DNA from: Escherichia phage vB_EcoM-G28
Direction: 5' to 3' (one strand)
Sequence record: NC_054916.1
Length of the DNA: 64,000 bases
Shown here: piece by piece, positions 9,642 through 20,656 of the stretch
How the letters are laid out: the number at the start of each line of letters is the position of its first letter
Numbering within the stretch: position 1 is the stretch's first letter
Position numbers and translations under genes: made by a program
The notes under the pieces: model-generated
Told to the model about the DNA's origin: nothing
What the model saw: only the letters and a program-made list of their open reading frames with translations
Databases searched by the model: none

Positions 9642-10391
9642 ATGGCAAACATTATTCGTTGTAAATTACCAGATGGTGTTCATCGTTTTAAACCATTTAC
9701 GGTAGAAGATTATCGAGATTTTTTGTTAGTTCGAAACGATATAGAACATCGGTCACCACAAGAACAAAAAGAAATAATTGCTGATTTAATTGCCGATTAT
9801 TTTGGAGACTATCCGAAGACTTGGCAACCATTTATATTTTTGCAGGTATTTGTAGGGTCAATAGGTAAAACTAAAGTACCGGTCACATTTGTATGTCCAA
9901 AATGTAAAAAAGAAAAGACGGTTCCATTTGAAATATATCAAAAAGAATTAAAGGAACCTGTTTTTGATGTAGCTAATGTTAAAATTAAATTAAAGTTTCC
10001 TTCTGAGTTTTATGAAAATAAAGCAAAGATGATTACTGAAAATATTCATTCTGTTCAAGTAGATGAAACATGGTATGATTGGAAGGAAATTAGTGAATCA
10101 AGTCAAATAGAACTTGTTGATGCCATCGAGATAGAAACATTAGAAAAAATTCTCGATGCATTGAATCCTATTAATTTAACGCTACATATGTCCTGCTGTG
10201 ATAAGTATGTAAAAAAATACACTGATATAGTAGATGTGTTTAAGCTATTAGTTAACCCAGATGAGATATTTACTTTTTATCAAATTAATCACACACTCGT
10301 AAAAAGTAATTATAGTTTAAATTCAATAATGAAAATGATTCCTGCCGAGCGCGGATTCGTATTAAAACTGATTGAGAAGGATAAACAATAA
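9642..10391 (+). CDS. 51: Baseplate hub assembly catalyst gp51
   Basis: 249 aa, synteny. Confidence 0.8.
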   Translation: MANIIRCKLPDGVHRFKPFTVEDYRDFLLVRNDIEHRSPQEQKEIIADLIADYFGDYPKTWQPFIFLQVFVGSIGKTKVPVTFVCPKCKKEKTVPFEIYQKELKEPVFDVANVKIKLKFPSEFYENKAKMITENIHSVQVDETWYDWKEISESSQIELVDAIEIETLEKILDALNPINLTLHMSCCDKYVKKYTDIVDVFKLLVNPDEIFTFYQINHTLVKSNYSLNSIMKMIPAERGFVLKLIEKDKQ

Positions 10392-11566
10392 TGAGTATGT
10401 TGCAACGCCCAGGATATCCAAATCTCAGCGTTAAATTATTTGATAGCTACGACGCTTGGAGTAATAATAGATTTGTTGAATTAGCTGCTACTATTACCAC
10501 ATTAACTATGCGGGATTCTCTTTATGGCCGAAATGAAGGAATGCTGCAGTTTTATGATTCTAAAAACATCCATACAAAAATGGATGGAAATGAAATAATT
10601 CAGATTTCTGTAGCTAATGCAAACGATATTAATAATGTTAAAACAAGAATTTATGGATGTAAGCATTTTTCCGTGTCAGTAGATTCAAAAGGTGATAACA
10701 TCATTGCTATTGAATTGGGAACTATTCATTCTATAGAAAATCTTAAATTTGGCAGACCGTTTTTTCCTGATGCAGGTGAATCTATAAAGGAAATGCTTGG
10801 CGTCATTTATCAAGACCGTACGCTATTGACTCCAGCAATAAATGCTATAAATGCTTATGTTCCTGATATTCCGTGGACTAGTACATTTGAAAACTATTTG
10901 TCATATGTCAGAGAAGTTGCTCTAGCTGTAGGAAGTGACAAATTTGTATTTGTGTGGCAAGACATCATGGGAGTTAACATGATGGACTATGATATGATGA
11001 TAAATCAAGAACCATATCCAATGATTGTCGGTGAGCCATCTTTAATAGGTCAATTCATCCAAGAATTAAAATATCCATTAGCGTATGATTTCGTTTGGTT
11101 GACTAAATCGAATCCCCACAAACGTGACCCAATGAAAAACGCTACTATCTACGCTCATTCATTTTTAGATTCTTCATTGCCAATGATTACTACAGGAAAA
11201 GGCGAAAACTCTATTGTAGTGTCAAGGTCAGGTGCTTATTCTGAAATGACTTATAGGAATGGATATGAAGAAGCTATTCGTCTTCAAACTATGGCACAAT
11301 ACGATGGCTATGCTAAATGTTCTACTGTCGGTAATTTTAACTTGACTCCTGGCGTTAAAATTATTTTTAATGATAGTAAAAACCAATTTAAAACAGAATT
11401 TTACGTTGATGAAGTTATTCATGAATTATCCAATAATAATTCAGTAACTCATCTATATATGTTCACTAATGCAACGAAACTGGAAACAATAGACCCAGTT
11501 AAGGTTAAAAATGAATTTAAATCTGATACTACCACTGAAGAAAGTAGTTCTTCCAATAAGCAATAA
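10391..11566 (+). CDS. 27: Baseplate hub protein gp27
   Basis: 391 aa, synteny and sequence. Confidence 0.88.
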   Translation: MSMLQRPGYPNLSVKLFDSYDAWSNNRFVELAATITTLTMRDSLYGRNEGMLQFYDSKNIHTKMDGNEIIQISVANANDINNVKTRIYGCKHFSVSVDSKGDNIIAIELGTIHSIENLKFGRPFFPDAGESIKEMLGVIYQDRTLLTPAINAINAYVPDIPWTSTFENYLSYVREVALAVGSDKFVFVWQDIMGVNMMDYDMMINQEPYPMIVGEPSLIGQFIQELKYPLAYDFVWLTKSNPHKRDPMKNATIYAHSFLDSSLPMITTGKGENSIVVSRSGAYSEMTYRNGYEEAIRLQTMAQYDGYAKCSTVGNFNLTPGVKIIFNDSKNQFKTEFYVDEVIHELSNNNSVTHLYMFTNATKLETIDPVKVKNEFKSDTTTEESSSSNKQ

Positions 11567-12044
11567 AGAAGTTTCTATTCCTAAAATGGGTCTTAAACAT
11601 TATAACATTTTGAAAGATGTTAAAGGTCCTGATGAAAATTTAAAACTTCTTATTGATTCTATTTGTCCGAATTTATCACCGGCAGAAGTTGATTTCGTTT
11701 CTATTCATTTATTGGAATTTAATGGAAAGATTAAATCTCGCAAAGAAATAGATGGCTATACTTATGACATTAATGATGTTTACGTGTGTCAAAGATTAGA
11801 ATTTCAATACCAAGGAAATACATTTTATTTTAGACCTCCTGGAAAATTTGAACAATTTTTAACTGTGAGCGATATGTTATCTAAATGCTTGCTTAAGGTC
11901 AATGATGAAGTTAAAGAAATTAATTTTCTTGAGATGCCAGCATTCGTTTTAAAATGGGCAAATGATATTTTTACAACTTTAGCAATTCCTGGCCCTAATG
12001 GTCCAATAACTGGAATTGGCAATATTATTGGATTATTTGAATGA
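11511..12044 (+). CDS. 28: Baseplate hub protein gp28
   Basis: 177 aa, overlaps 3' end of gene 27, synteny. Confidence 0.75.
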   Translation: MNLNLILPLKKVVLPISNKEVSIPKMGLKHYNILKDVKGPDENLKLLIDSICPNLSPAEVDFVSIHLLEFNGKIKSRKEIDGYTYDINDVYVCQRLEFQYQGNTFYFRPPGKFEQFLTVSDMLSKCLLKVNDEVKEINFLEMPAFVLKWANDIFTTLAIPGPNGPITGIGNIIGLFE

Positions 12045-13813
12045 AAAAGCCACAAGAAATGCAAACGATGCGTAGAAAAGTTATTTCAGATAATAAACCA
12101 ACACAGGAAGCGGCTAAATCCGCTTCTAACACTTTATCTGGACTTAACGATATATCTACGAAATTGGATGATGCTCAAGCTGCTTCTGAATTAATTGCTC
12201 AAACTGTCGAAGAAAAATCGAATGAAATAATTGGAGCAATTGACAACGTAGAAAACGCAGTGAGTGATACTACTGCCGGTTCTGAGTTAATTGCTGAAAC
12301 TGTCGAAATTGGCAACAATATTAATAAAGAAATTGGTGAATCGCTCGGGAGCAAATTAGATAAATTAACAAGTTTACTAGAGCAAAAAATTCAGACAGCC
12401 GGAATTCAACAGACGGGAACTAGTTTAGCCACGGTTGAAAGCGCTATTCCTGTTAAAGTTGTTGAGGATGATACAGCTGAATCTGTGGGTCCTTTATTAC
12501 CGGCTCCTGAAGCAGTTAATAATGATCCTGATGCTGATTTTTTCCCTACCCCTCAGCCAGTTGAGCCCAAACAAGAATCGCCAGAAGAAAAACAGAAAAA
12601 AGACGCATTTAACTTAAAATTATCTCAAGCTTTAGATAAATTAACAAAGACTGTTGATTTCGGATTTAAGAAATCTATTTCAATTACTGATAAAATATCA
12701 AGCATGCTATTTAAGTATACCGTCAGTGCTGCTATTGAAGCTGCTAAAATGACAGCAATGATATTGGCTGTTGTTGTCGGAATAGACCTGTTGATGGTTC
12801 ATTTCAAATATTGGTCAGATAAATTTTCACAAGCTTGGGATTTGTTTAGTACAGACTTTACTAAATTCTCTAGCGAAACCGGAACATGGGGTCCTTTATT
12901 ACAAAGCATCTTTAGTTCTATCGATGAAATTAAAAAATTCTGGGAAGCGGGAGACTGGGGTGGTTTGACTGTAGCTATTGTAGAAGGGCTTGGAAAGGTT
13001 CTTTTTAATTTAGGAGAGCTTATTCAATTAGGTATGGCTAAATTATCTGCTGCAATTCTTCGAGTCATTCCTGGCATGAAGGATACCGCTGATGAAGTAG
13101 AAGGAAGAGCACTAGAAAATTTCCAAAATACTACAAATGCTTCTCTTAACAAAGAAGACCAAGAAAAAGTTGCAAACTATCAATATAAAAGAATGAATGG
13201 AGAACTTGGTCCGATAGCAAAAGGACTAGACAAAATTGCGAACTGGAAAACTCGTGCATCTAACTGGATTCGTGGTGTTGATAATAAAGAAGCACTAACG
13301 ACTGTTGAAGAGAGGGCAGAGGAAGAAGAAAAATTAAAGCAACTTTCTCCGGAGGAAGCTAAAATTGCTTTAATGAAAGCTAATGAAGCTCGTGCTGCTA
13401 TGAATCGTTTTGATCAATATGCCGATTCAGCTGATATGAGTAAAGACTCAACAGTTAAATCAGTTGAAGCTGCCTATGAAGACCTTAAAAAACGGATGGA
13501 TGACCCGGATTTAAATAATTCACCGGCAGTTAAAAAAGAGCTTGCTGCTAGATTTTCTAAAATTGATGCTACTTATCAAGAGCTCAAGAAAAATCAGCCT
13601 AATGCCAAACCTGAAACTTCTGCTAAATCGCCAGAAGCAAAACAAGTCCAGGTAATAGAAAAGAACAAAGCACAGCAAGCTCCTGTTCAACAAGCATCTC
13701 CTTCGATCAATAATACTAATAATGTTATTAAGAAAAATACTGTCGTTCATAATATGACACCTGTCACGAGCACGACTGCTCCTGGTGTATTCGATGCGAC
13801 TGGAGTTAATTAA
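12041..13813 (+). CDS. 29: Baseplate hub / tail length determinator gp29
   Basis: 590 aa, synteny. Confidence 0.82.
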   Translation: MKKPQEMQTMRRKVISDNKPTQEAAKSASNTLSGLNDISTKLDDAQAASELIAQTVEEKSNEIIGAIDNVENAVSDTTAGSELIAETVEIGNNINKEIGESLGSKLDKLTSLLEQKIQTAGIQQTGTSLATVESAIPVKVVEDDTAESVGPLLPAPEAVNNDPDADFFPTPQPVEPKQESPEEKQKKDAFNLKLSQALDKLTKTVDFGFKKSISITDKISSMLFKYTVSAAIEAAKMTAMILAVVVGIDLLMVHFKYWSDKFSQAWDLFSTDFTKFSSETGTWGPLLQSIFSSIDEIKKFWEAGDWGGLTVAIVEGLGKVLFNLGELIQLGMAKLSAAILRVIPGMKDTADEVEGRALENFQNTTNASLNKEDQEKVANYQYKRMNGELGPIAKGLDKIANWKTRASNWIRGVDNKEALTTVEERAEEEEKLKQLSPEEAKIALMKANEARAAMNRFDQYADSADMSKDSTVKSVEAAYEDLKKRMDDPDLNNSPAVKKELAARFSKIDATYQELKKNQPNAKPETSAKSPEAKQVQVIEKNKAQQAPVQQASPSINNTNNVIKKNTVVHNMTPVTSTTAPGVFDATGVN

Positions 13814-13821
13814 GGAATAAT

Positions 13822-14916
13822 ATGGCAATTGTTAAAGAAATAACTGCTGATTTAATTAAAAAGTCCGGTGAGAAAATTTCAGCCGGACAGAGTACTAAAT
13901 CAGAAGTAGGAACTAAAACATACACAGCCCAGTTTCCAACTGGGCGTGCTAGTGGTAATGACACTACAGGGGACTTCCAGGTAACAGATCTATATAAGAA
14001 TGGATTATTATTTACTGCATACAATATGTCATCTAGGGATTCTGGAAGTCTTAGATCGATGAGATCTAACTACTCTTCTTCATCTTCGAGTATTTTACGT
14101 ACAGCTAGAAACACTATTAGTAGTACAGTATCAAAACTATCAAATGGATTAATATCAAATAATAATTCAGGAACAATAAGTAAATCTCCTATCGCAAACA
14201 TTCTTTTACCGAGATCTAAATCTGATGTTGATACATCATCACATAGATTTAATGATGTTCAAGAAAGCCTCATCAGTAGAGGCGGAGGTACTGCTACTGG
14301 TGTGCTAAGTAATATTGCTTCAACTGCAGTATTTGGGGCGTTGGAAAGTATAACACAAGGTATAATGGCTGATAATAATGAACAGATTTATACGACAGCC
14401 AGAAGTATGTATGGTGGTGCTGAAAATAGAACTAAAGTGTTTACATGGGATTTGACTCCACGTTCAACAGAAGATTTAATGGCTATTATTAATATCTATC
14501 AATATTTTAACTATTTTTCTTATGGTGAAACGGGTAAATCTCAATATGCTGCTGAAATAAAGGGGTATTTAGATGATTGGTATCGTTCTACGTTAATTGA
14601 ACCTTTATCTCCGGAAGACGCAGCTAAAAATAAAACACTATTTGAGAAAATGACATCGAGTTTAACCAACGTTCTAGTAGTTTCAAACCCGACAGTTTGG
14701 ATGGTGAAAAACTTTGGTGCAACATCTAAGTTTGATGGAAAAACGGAAATATTTGGTCCATGCCAAATCCAGAGCATCAGATTTGATAAAACACCTAATG
14801 GTAACTTTAACGGATTAGCTATTGCTCCAAACCTCCCTAGTACATTTACTCTCGAGATTACTATGAGAGAAATTATCACGTTAAACCGTGCTTCTTTATA
14901 TGCGGGGACTTTTTAA
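13822..14916 (+). CDS. 48: Baseplate-tail tube junction protein gp48
   Basis: 364 aa, synteny. Confidence 0.8.
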   Translation: MAIVKEITADLIKKSGEKISAGQSTKSEVGTKTYTAQFPTGRASGNDTTGDFQVTDLYKNGLLFTAYNMSSRDSGSLRSMRSNYSSSSSSILRTARNTISSTVSKLSNGLISNNNSGTISKSPIANILLPRSKSDVDTSSHRFNDVQESLISRGGGTATGVLSNIASTAVFGALESITQGIMADNNEQIYTTARSMYGGAENRTKVFTWDLTPRSTEDLMAIINIYQYFNYFSYGETGKSQYAAEIKGYLDDWYRSTLIEPLSPEDAAKNKTLFEKMTSSLTNVLVVSNPTVWMVKNFGATSKFDGKTEIFGPCQIQSIRFDKTPNGNFNGLAIAPNLPSTFTLEITMREIITLNRASLYAGTF

Positions 14917-15881
14917 TGTATTCTTTAGAGGAATTTAATAATCAAGCAATAAACGCAGATTTCCAACGTAATAATATGTTTAGCTGCGTTTTTGCAACAA
15001 CTCCATCAACTAAAAGCTCTTCGTTGATAAGTTCAATTAGCAACTTTTCTTATAATAACTTGGGCCTAAATTCAGATTGGTTAGGATTAACTCAAGGTGA
15101 TATTAATCAGGGAATTACCACGCTAATTACAGCTGGCACACAAAAACTGATAAGAAAATCAGGGGTTAGTAAATATCTTATTGGTGCCATGAGTCAACGT
15201 ACAGTTCAAAGTTTATTGGGCTCATTTACAGTTGGTACATATTTAATTGACTTCTTTAACATGGCATATAACTCATCTGGATTGATGATATATTCAGTAA
15301 AAATGCCAGAGAATAGATTATCCTATGAAACTGACTGGAACTATAATTCTCCTAATATTCGTATAACTGGGAGAGAATTAGACCCTTTGGTTATTTCATT
15401 TAGAATGGATTCAGAAGCATGTAACTATCGTGCAATGCAAGACTGGGTTAACTCTGTTCAAGACCCAGTAACTGGATTGCGTGCTTTGCCACAAGATGTC
15501 GAGGCAGATATTCAGGTTAATCTTCATTCTCGTAATGGACTGCCTCATACTGCGGTGATGTTCACCGGATGCATTCCAATATCAGTGAGCGCTCCTGAGT
15601 TATCATATGATGGAGATAACCAAATAACTACATTTGATGTTACTTTTGCGTACAGAGTGATGCAGGCTGGAGCAGTTGATAGGCAAGCTGCGCTTGAATG
15701 GCTTGAATCTGCTGCTATAAATGGTATTCAAAGCGTTCTTGGAAATAGTGGAGGTGTTACTGGACTATCTAATTCGCTTTCACGATTTAGTAGATTAGGA
15801 GGAACTGCAGGAAGCATTTCAAACATTAATACTATGACAGGGATTGTCAATTCACAGAGTAAAATATTAGGAGCAATATAA
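14916..15881 (+). CDS. 54: Baseplate-tail tube initiator gp54
   Basis: 321 aa, synteny. Confidence 0.8.
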   Translation: MYSLEEFNNQAINADFQRNNMFSCVFATTPSTKSSSLISSISNFSYNNLGLNSDWLGLTQGDINQGITTLITAGTQKLIRKSGVSKYLIGAMSQRTVQSLLGSFTVGTYLIDFFNMAYNSSGLMIYSVKMPENRLSYETDWNYNSPNIRITGRELDPLVISFRMDSEACNYRAMQDWVNSVQDPVTGLRALPQDVEADIQVNLHSRNGLPHTAVMFTGCIPISVSAPELSYDGDNQITTFDVTFAYRVMQAGAVDRQAALEWLESAAINGIQSVLGNSGGVTGLSNSLSRFSRLGGTAGSISNINTMTGIVNSQSKILGAI

Positions 15882-15885
15882 CAAT

Positions 15886-15915
15886 GGGGACCGAAAGGTC
15901 CCCATATTTTTATTT
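15886..15915 (+). terminator. GGGGACC-GAAA-GGTCCCC hairpin with T-run after gene 54
   Basis: 7-bp stem, GAAA loop, followed by ATATTTTTATTT. Confidence 0.65.
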
Positions 15916-16200
15916 ACGGAATGAAATAAAAGCAGCAACTGAAGCAACTAAACTGTCTTCAATATAAACTTCAATTTTTACCGGAGCTTCTGACTCAAAT
16001 TTACCTGTTACTACACCTTGGAAAATGCTTTCAGTCTGTTCTGGCTTTGAAAAATTTTCAGAAGGAAAAATTCCGAACTTTTTATCTGTTCCAAAAATTT
16101 TGATAAATTCATCGTAAACCGCTTCATTAAAAGCGTTATCAGCAGGAATAACGCCTTCAACTACGAGTTCTTGACCTAAAAAGCGCAAAGAAGATTTCAT
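15910..16200 (-). CDS. Hypothetical protein (alt.-3 position)
   Basis: 96 aa ORF downstream of early promoter. Confidence 0.6.
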   Translation of the reverse strand: MKSSLRFLGQELVVEGVIPADNAFNEAVYDEFIKIFGTDKKFGIFPSENFSKPEQTESIFQGVVTGKFESEAPVKIEVYIEDSLVASVAAFISFRK

Positions 16201-16231
16201 TTTGTGTTCCTCATGTTATGTCAGTAAGATT

Positions 16232-16261
16232 ATTATAACACAACACGAGGGACTTGTAAAC
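16232..16261 (-). promoter_or_regulatory. Early sigma70-type promoter (-35 GTTTACA, 17-nt spacer, extended -10 TGTTATAAT)
   Basis: Read on minus strand; part of a 54-bp sequence repeated identically at 31723 and 32074. Confidence 0.55.
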
Positions 16262-18318
16262 TATATTTTGAACTTTTTAGACATTTCGTTGATGTTAACC
16301 AAAGAAGCCAAGATTTGAGAAACTTCGTTTTCCTCTTCTTTTGATTCTTCTACAAGGAATTGATTAAATCCAGCCATTGGACGAACTTCACCAGTTTCCA
16401 TTAGATGGTCGCCATCATATACCGATTCTTCTAACTGTTCAGAAGGAGGAACGATTGTGCCTTCGATTAGATACTTGTTATAAGCAGTTTCTTTCATCAT
16501 GTACGTACTCACTTTATTAATCTTCAGCAAAATTCCACGCGGTAGAATAACTTCAGCTTCTGATGGAAATCCTGATAAATGACCTGGAACGATAACTTTG
16601 ATTCGCTCAGCTCCTTTAATTACCATACCCGCGCTAGTTTCAGCATCTTCATTGGCATACGTAGAATGACTGCCCATATGCATCAAATCTTCAGCATCAA
16701 CTGAACCTTCTCCTTCACCAGAAAATACTGTGCCGGAATCATCTAGAGCCATATAGTTTTTACCATACTCACCGAAGATATTTGGTTTAAGCGATGTGGA
16801 TACGAAGTTCTTGAAGTAGAACATTTTATTTTCAATATTATGACGTAAAGTTTTAAAGGTAACTTCTTGTCCACGGTAAAGTGTAGTTCCTGGAGGAAGA
16901 ACTGATCCTTTGGCAAAGGCAGAATCCATTGTCTCGATGTGTTTAATAGCTCGTTCCATATATTCTTCACGGGTAGAATCCGGTTTACCTAAAAGGAACG
17001 AGTTCATTTCAACATATGAATCTGCACAATAATCTTCAATTACATCAGACTCAGCTTGAGTTAATCCTTTTGGAGTTACTTCAGTACTTGCATATTCATA
17101 CGCTTGAGAAGCAGACTCATTAATCAATTTATAAATGCCATTCATGACAAATTGAACAATAGCTACCTTTTCATCTGGTGTAGCTTTAGAACCTTTAACT
17201 AAATCATTGACGATTTTCTTAATAACATCAAAGCTATTAGAAATATTAATGTCAGCAAGATCACTTAAAATTTTATCAGTTTTATAATCAAAAAATTCTT
17301 TATTCTTTAAATATTCTTGAGAACCTTGATATGATATATCGCTCTGTAACTTGATAGATGGATCACGTAAACGCGCATGAGCCAATGCAATATGATTTCG
17401 GAAGCTTTCTAATTCATAATCGCTAGATTTAAAACGGGAAGCACTTCTCATACCACCGATAGCTCCTTTGCTGAAGTTTGAACCAACCTGAATAACGCCA
17501 GAGTTCATTGGTCCTTCTGCTTTATATACCGGAACTTTAGATTCAAACTCTTGATATTTCTTAGCAGCGAAGCTATCACCCTGAAGTGAAGCATCGACAG
17601 TAGAATATTGAGCTTGTGCTGCTAATCGACGACTAATTTTAGTTTTCTGAATAACAGCTTGATCCGTACGCTTATCATTTTCTAAAGCAATAGAAGCAGC
17701 AACAGCAACAGCTTTAGGAACAGCATTGCCTGTTTTAACATCTACATAAACATCACCAACCTTTGATTCAACTTTTGTGAATAACTCAGTTGAAATAGGA
17801 GGTACACCTGGAATGTCTTCTAAATTGGCATTTTTACGGTAAACCATAATATATGCATATTTCTTATCATAGTCCCAGATTTCCTTTAAAAGAACATATC
17901 GACCTGCTCCTTTAGTACGTACTAAACGGTCGGCAATAACTTGCATTTGACGAGCTGCACCGTTTGTTTTACTCTTTAGTACGCGGAATAAGCATGCGTC
18001 AATTTTGTACTGTTTCATTGTCTGAAGAGCAGTATCAAAAACCGCATTAATAACACCAATTGGATTTCCACCCAAGTTTTTAAGTTTAACGAGCGATAGT
18101 TTCTCATTAACACCTATCATTACGATATGCATCATTTTATCGCCTGGCTTAACGTTTTTATTTGTATCACCGCCAGAGGTGTATGTACAAAATCTAAATC
18201 CAGGAAGCACGCTTTCTTCACCGGCTTGAATAGCAAAAATTTGAGGTATTTTATGCTTAGGATTTAAGTTAACAACCGGCGCCGAAGCGCCGTCAAATAA
18301 TTCTGTAATAAGTTCCAT
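16261..18318 (-). CDS. Alt-family ADP-ribosyltransferase paralogue (685 aa)
   Basis: R-S-E ART motifs (LYRG, VSTSL, EAEVILPRG); N-terminus MELITELFD shared with adjacent paralogue. Confidence 0.8.
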   Translation of the reverse strand: MELITELFDGASAPVVNLNPKHKIPQIFAIQAGEESVLPGFRFCTYTSGGDTNKNVKPGDKMMHIVMIGVNEKLSLVKLKNLGGNPIGVINAVFDTALQTMKQYKIDACLFRVLKSKTNGAARQMQVIADRLVRTKGAGRYVLLKEIWDYDKKYAYIMVYRKNANLEDIPGVPPISTELFTKVESKVGDVYVDVKTGNAVPKAVAVAASIALENDKRTDQAVIQKTKISRRLAAQAQYSTVDASLQGDSFAAKKYQEFESKVPVYKAEGPMNSGVIQVGSNFSKGAIGGMRSASRFKSSDYELESFRNHIALAHARLRDPSIKLQSDISYQGSQEYLKNKEFFDYKTDKILSDLADINISNSFDVIKKIVNDLVKGSKATPDEKVAIVQFVMNGIYKLINESASQAYEYASTEVTPKGLTQAESDVIEDYCADSYVEMNSFLLGKPDSTREEYMERAIKHIETMDSAFAKGSVLPPGTTLYRGQEVTFKTLRHNIENKMFYFKNFVSTSLKPNIFGEYGKNYMALDDSGTVFSGEGEGSVDAEDLMHMGSHSTYANEDAETSAGMVIKGAERIKVIVPGHLSGFPSEAEVILPRGILLKINKVSTYMMKETAYNKYLIEGTIVPPSEQLEESVYDGDHLMETGEVRPMAGFNQFLVEESKEEENEVSQILASLVNINEMSKKFKI

Positions 18319-18321
18319 GAT

Positions 18322-20418
18322 TTATCCTTGAACGAACTTGTAAGGCATGTTTGTAATATCTATGCAAGACGCAATAATTCCAAGAGATGATTCTACTTTC
18401 TGTTTAACATTTGATGAAACAAATGATGCAAAGTCAACTCTGTCTTCTATTTCAATATCACCTGTCATTGCAATTACTTCACCAGTTTCCATTAGACGGT
18501 CACCGTCATAAATTACTGATTCGGTGAGTTCTTCCGTAGTCATAACTTCAGCTTGAATGAGTTTTGTATTATTAGATGTTGTTCCGTCATTATTAGAAGC
18601 ATCAGTTATTTTATTAACTTTGACCATCAATCCGCGTGGTAGAATAACTTCAGCTTCTGTTGCTATTCCGAGACTTCCTGGATATACAACATTAACTTTA
18701 TGAGCTCCATCAATTGCCCATCCTATTTGAACTTTAACGTATTCAGGATTTTCTTTATACGCTCTTATTTCGTTTGGATTAATAGTTATTCCTTCTTCAT
18801 TTTTATCAACTGTTAATTCATTACGAGCTTCTGGTTCTAAAAGACCAATGCCAGCATGTGTAATTCCAAAACGCCCAAAAATGATAGGAGTTAAAGAAGT
18901 AGATACAAAATTTCTGAAATAGAACACTTTATTTTTAACTAGCGCTTCGTATATAGGAGCAGTCATACTTTGAGCACGATAAACTGTAATGCTTTCTGGT
19001 ATACGGTCACCGTTTTCAAAAGCTGAATCTAAGTTATTTATAGCAGATTCAATTTCTTTTTCACTCATTACATCATATCGTTCTGGATTGTAGCGTCCTA
19101 AAAGAAGATTATTGATGTCAGTATATCCTGAACCGCAATACTCTCTAATGCCGCGCTTTTGTGATGGAGTATATTTAGAACCATCACGGGCAATAGTAAT
19201 ATCAATCATTGGACCTGCACCAATTCCAGAAAAACTATAAATCATTCGTTTGATGAATTTAGTTTTTGCTGCGTTCCAGGAATTTTTAGTTATTTCTTCC
19301 CAGACTTCATCTGGCTGCCCTTTACGAGTTTTATTATGTTTATCAAGCCAAGTATCTTTATATTCTTCAAAGAATTTATTAATAGCTGCTGCATACTTCT
19401 CTAAACATTTTATTGAAGTAGTTGGTTCATTTTTGATCGCGTTAAAAATTACGTCTTTAATTTTTTCAGAAACTTCATTAACCTCACTTTTTGAAAAGAA
19501 TTTATAATCATAGTGAAGTTCATCTGCAGTTCCTTCGGCAATAATTTTTGCTGCTTTAGTTTTAGAAGCTAATGAATTAATTCCAAGCTTCATTTCTTCT
19601 GCTTCGGGAATTAAAGGAGCGGTAGCAGGTTTATTGAAATTAGCTGCGGTAGATTCATACTTCTGGAATAATTCGCTTTCAAATCTAGAAGATTCCAATG
19701 ACTGACTTTGCGCAATTGCTCTACGGGAAATTTTAACTTTAACGATTACAGCTTGGTCAGAACGTTTATCATTTTCTTGCGCAATAGATGCAGCAATTGC
19801 CTCATTTTTAGTTACTTGAGCTCCAGTATCTTTATTGATATAAACATCGCCGACTTTCGATTCAACTTTAGTAAAGAGCTCGGTACTAATTTCCGGAACT
19901 CCTGGAATGTCTTCTAGTGATACATTTTTGCGATGTATAAGAATATATGCATACTTTTTATCATAATCCCAGAGTTCCTTAAGAAGGACGTATCTGCCAC
20001 CTGAACGACTACGGATAAGTCTATCAGCAATAACTTGAATTTGTTGAGCTTGACCAGCAGTTTTAGACTTAAGAATACGGAGCATACAGGCATCAATTTT
20101 ATACTGACGCATCGTCTGCATTGCAACAGTAAAAACTGAATTGATATAATTAATTGGGCTTGGACCAAGACCTTTTAATTTGGCAATTGAACCTTTAGCA
20201 GTTAATGTAAAAGGAACAATATGCATCATTTTATCGCCCATTTTTAAATCGCGATTAGTATCACCTCCAGATGTATAGGTACATAAACGAAAGCCCGGTT
20301 GTTCAATTGCATCATCAACGTGAACTGAAAAAATTTGTGGTATTTTCTTCTTTGGATTTAAGTTTGTAATCGGAAGAGTAGTATCTTCGTCAAATAATTC
20401 TGTAATGAGTTCCATCAT
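18322..20418 (-). CDS. alt: Alt ADP-ribosyltransferase (698 aa), copy adjacent to the ligase side
   Basis: R-S-E motifs (VYRAQ, VSTSL, EAEVILPRG); late promoter upstream; synteny next to gene 30 region. Confidence 0.8.
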   Translation of the reverse strand: MMELITELFDEDTTLPITNLNPKKKIPQIFSVHVDDAIEQPGFRLCTYTSGGDTNRDLKMGDKMMHIVPFTLTAKGSIAKLKGLGPSPINYINSVFTVAMQTMRQYKIDACMLRILKSKTAGQAQQIQVIADRLIRSRSGGRYVLLKELWDYDKKYAYILIHRKNVSLEDIPGVPEISTELFTKVESKVGDVYINKDTGAQVTKNEAIAASIAQENDKRSDQAVIVKVKISRRAIAQSQSLESSRFESELFQKYESTAANFNKPATAPLIPEAEEMKLGINSLASKTKAAKIIAEGTADELHYDYKFFSKSEVNEVSEKIKDVIFNAIKNEPTTSIKCLEKYAAAINKFFEEYKDTWLDKHNKTRKGQPDEVWEEITKNSWNAAKTKFIKRMIYSFSGIGAGPMIDITIARDGSKYTPSQKRGIREYCGSGYTDINNLLLGRYNPERYDVMSEKEIESAINNLDSAFENGDRIPESITVYRAQSMTAPIYEALVKNKVFYFRNFVSTSLTPIIFGRFGITHAGIGLLEPEARNELTVDKNEEGITINPNEIRAYKENPEYVKVQIGWAIDGAHKVNVVYPGSLGIATEAEVILPRGLMVKVNKITDASNNDGTTSNNTKLIQAEVMTTEELTESVIYDGDRLMETGEVIAMTGDIEIEDRVDFASFVSSNVKQKVESSLGIIASCIDITNMPYKFVQG

Positions 20419-20438
20419 ATCCTCTCTAGTGTTTATTC

Positions 20439-20446
20439 TATTTATA
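20439..20446 (-). promoter_or_regulatory. Late promoter TATAAATA upstream of alt
   Basis: Minus-strand TATAAATA about 20 nt upstream of the alt ATG; a GGCC-rich hairpin lies just upstream. Confidence 0.5.
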
Positions 20447-20467
20447 AAATTAAAGGCCCGAAGGCCT

Positions 20468-20656
20468 TTAATAATCTATTGGTAAGAGAGTACGATATAT
20501 TTCAAACTTTGGACCTTTTTCATAAGCATCAAAAGTTTCTGTGAATTTATTATAAGCATATGCATCTATAAATTCAATCATGATTTGTGATACAGAAGTA
20601 GAAACATCTCCACCTTCTTTTTGAGCCACGACAATTGTTTCTAAGTAAGCTTTCAT
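20468..20656 (-). CDS. Hypothetical protein (alt.1 position)
   Basis: 62 aa ORF overlapping the ligase stop. Confidence 0.5.
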   Translation of the reverse strand: MKAYLETIVVAQKEGGDVSTSVSQIMIEFIDAYAYNKFTETFDAYEKGPKFEIYRTLLPIDY

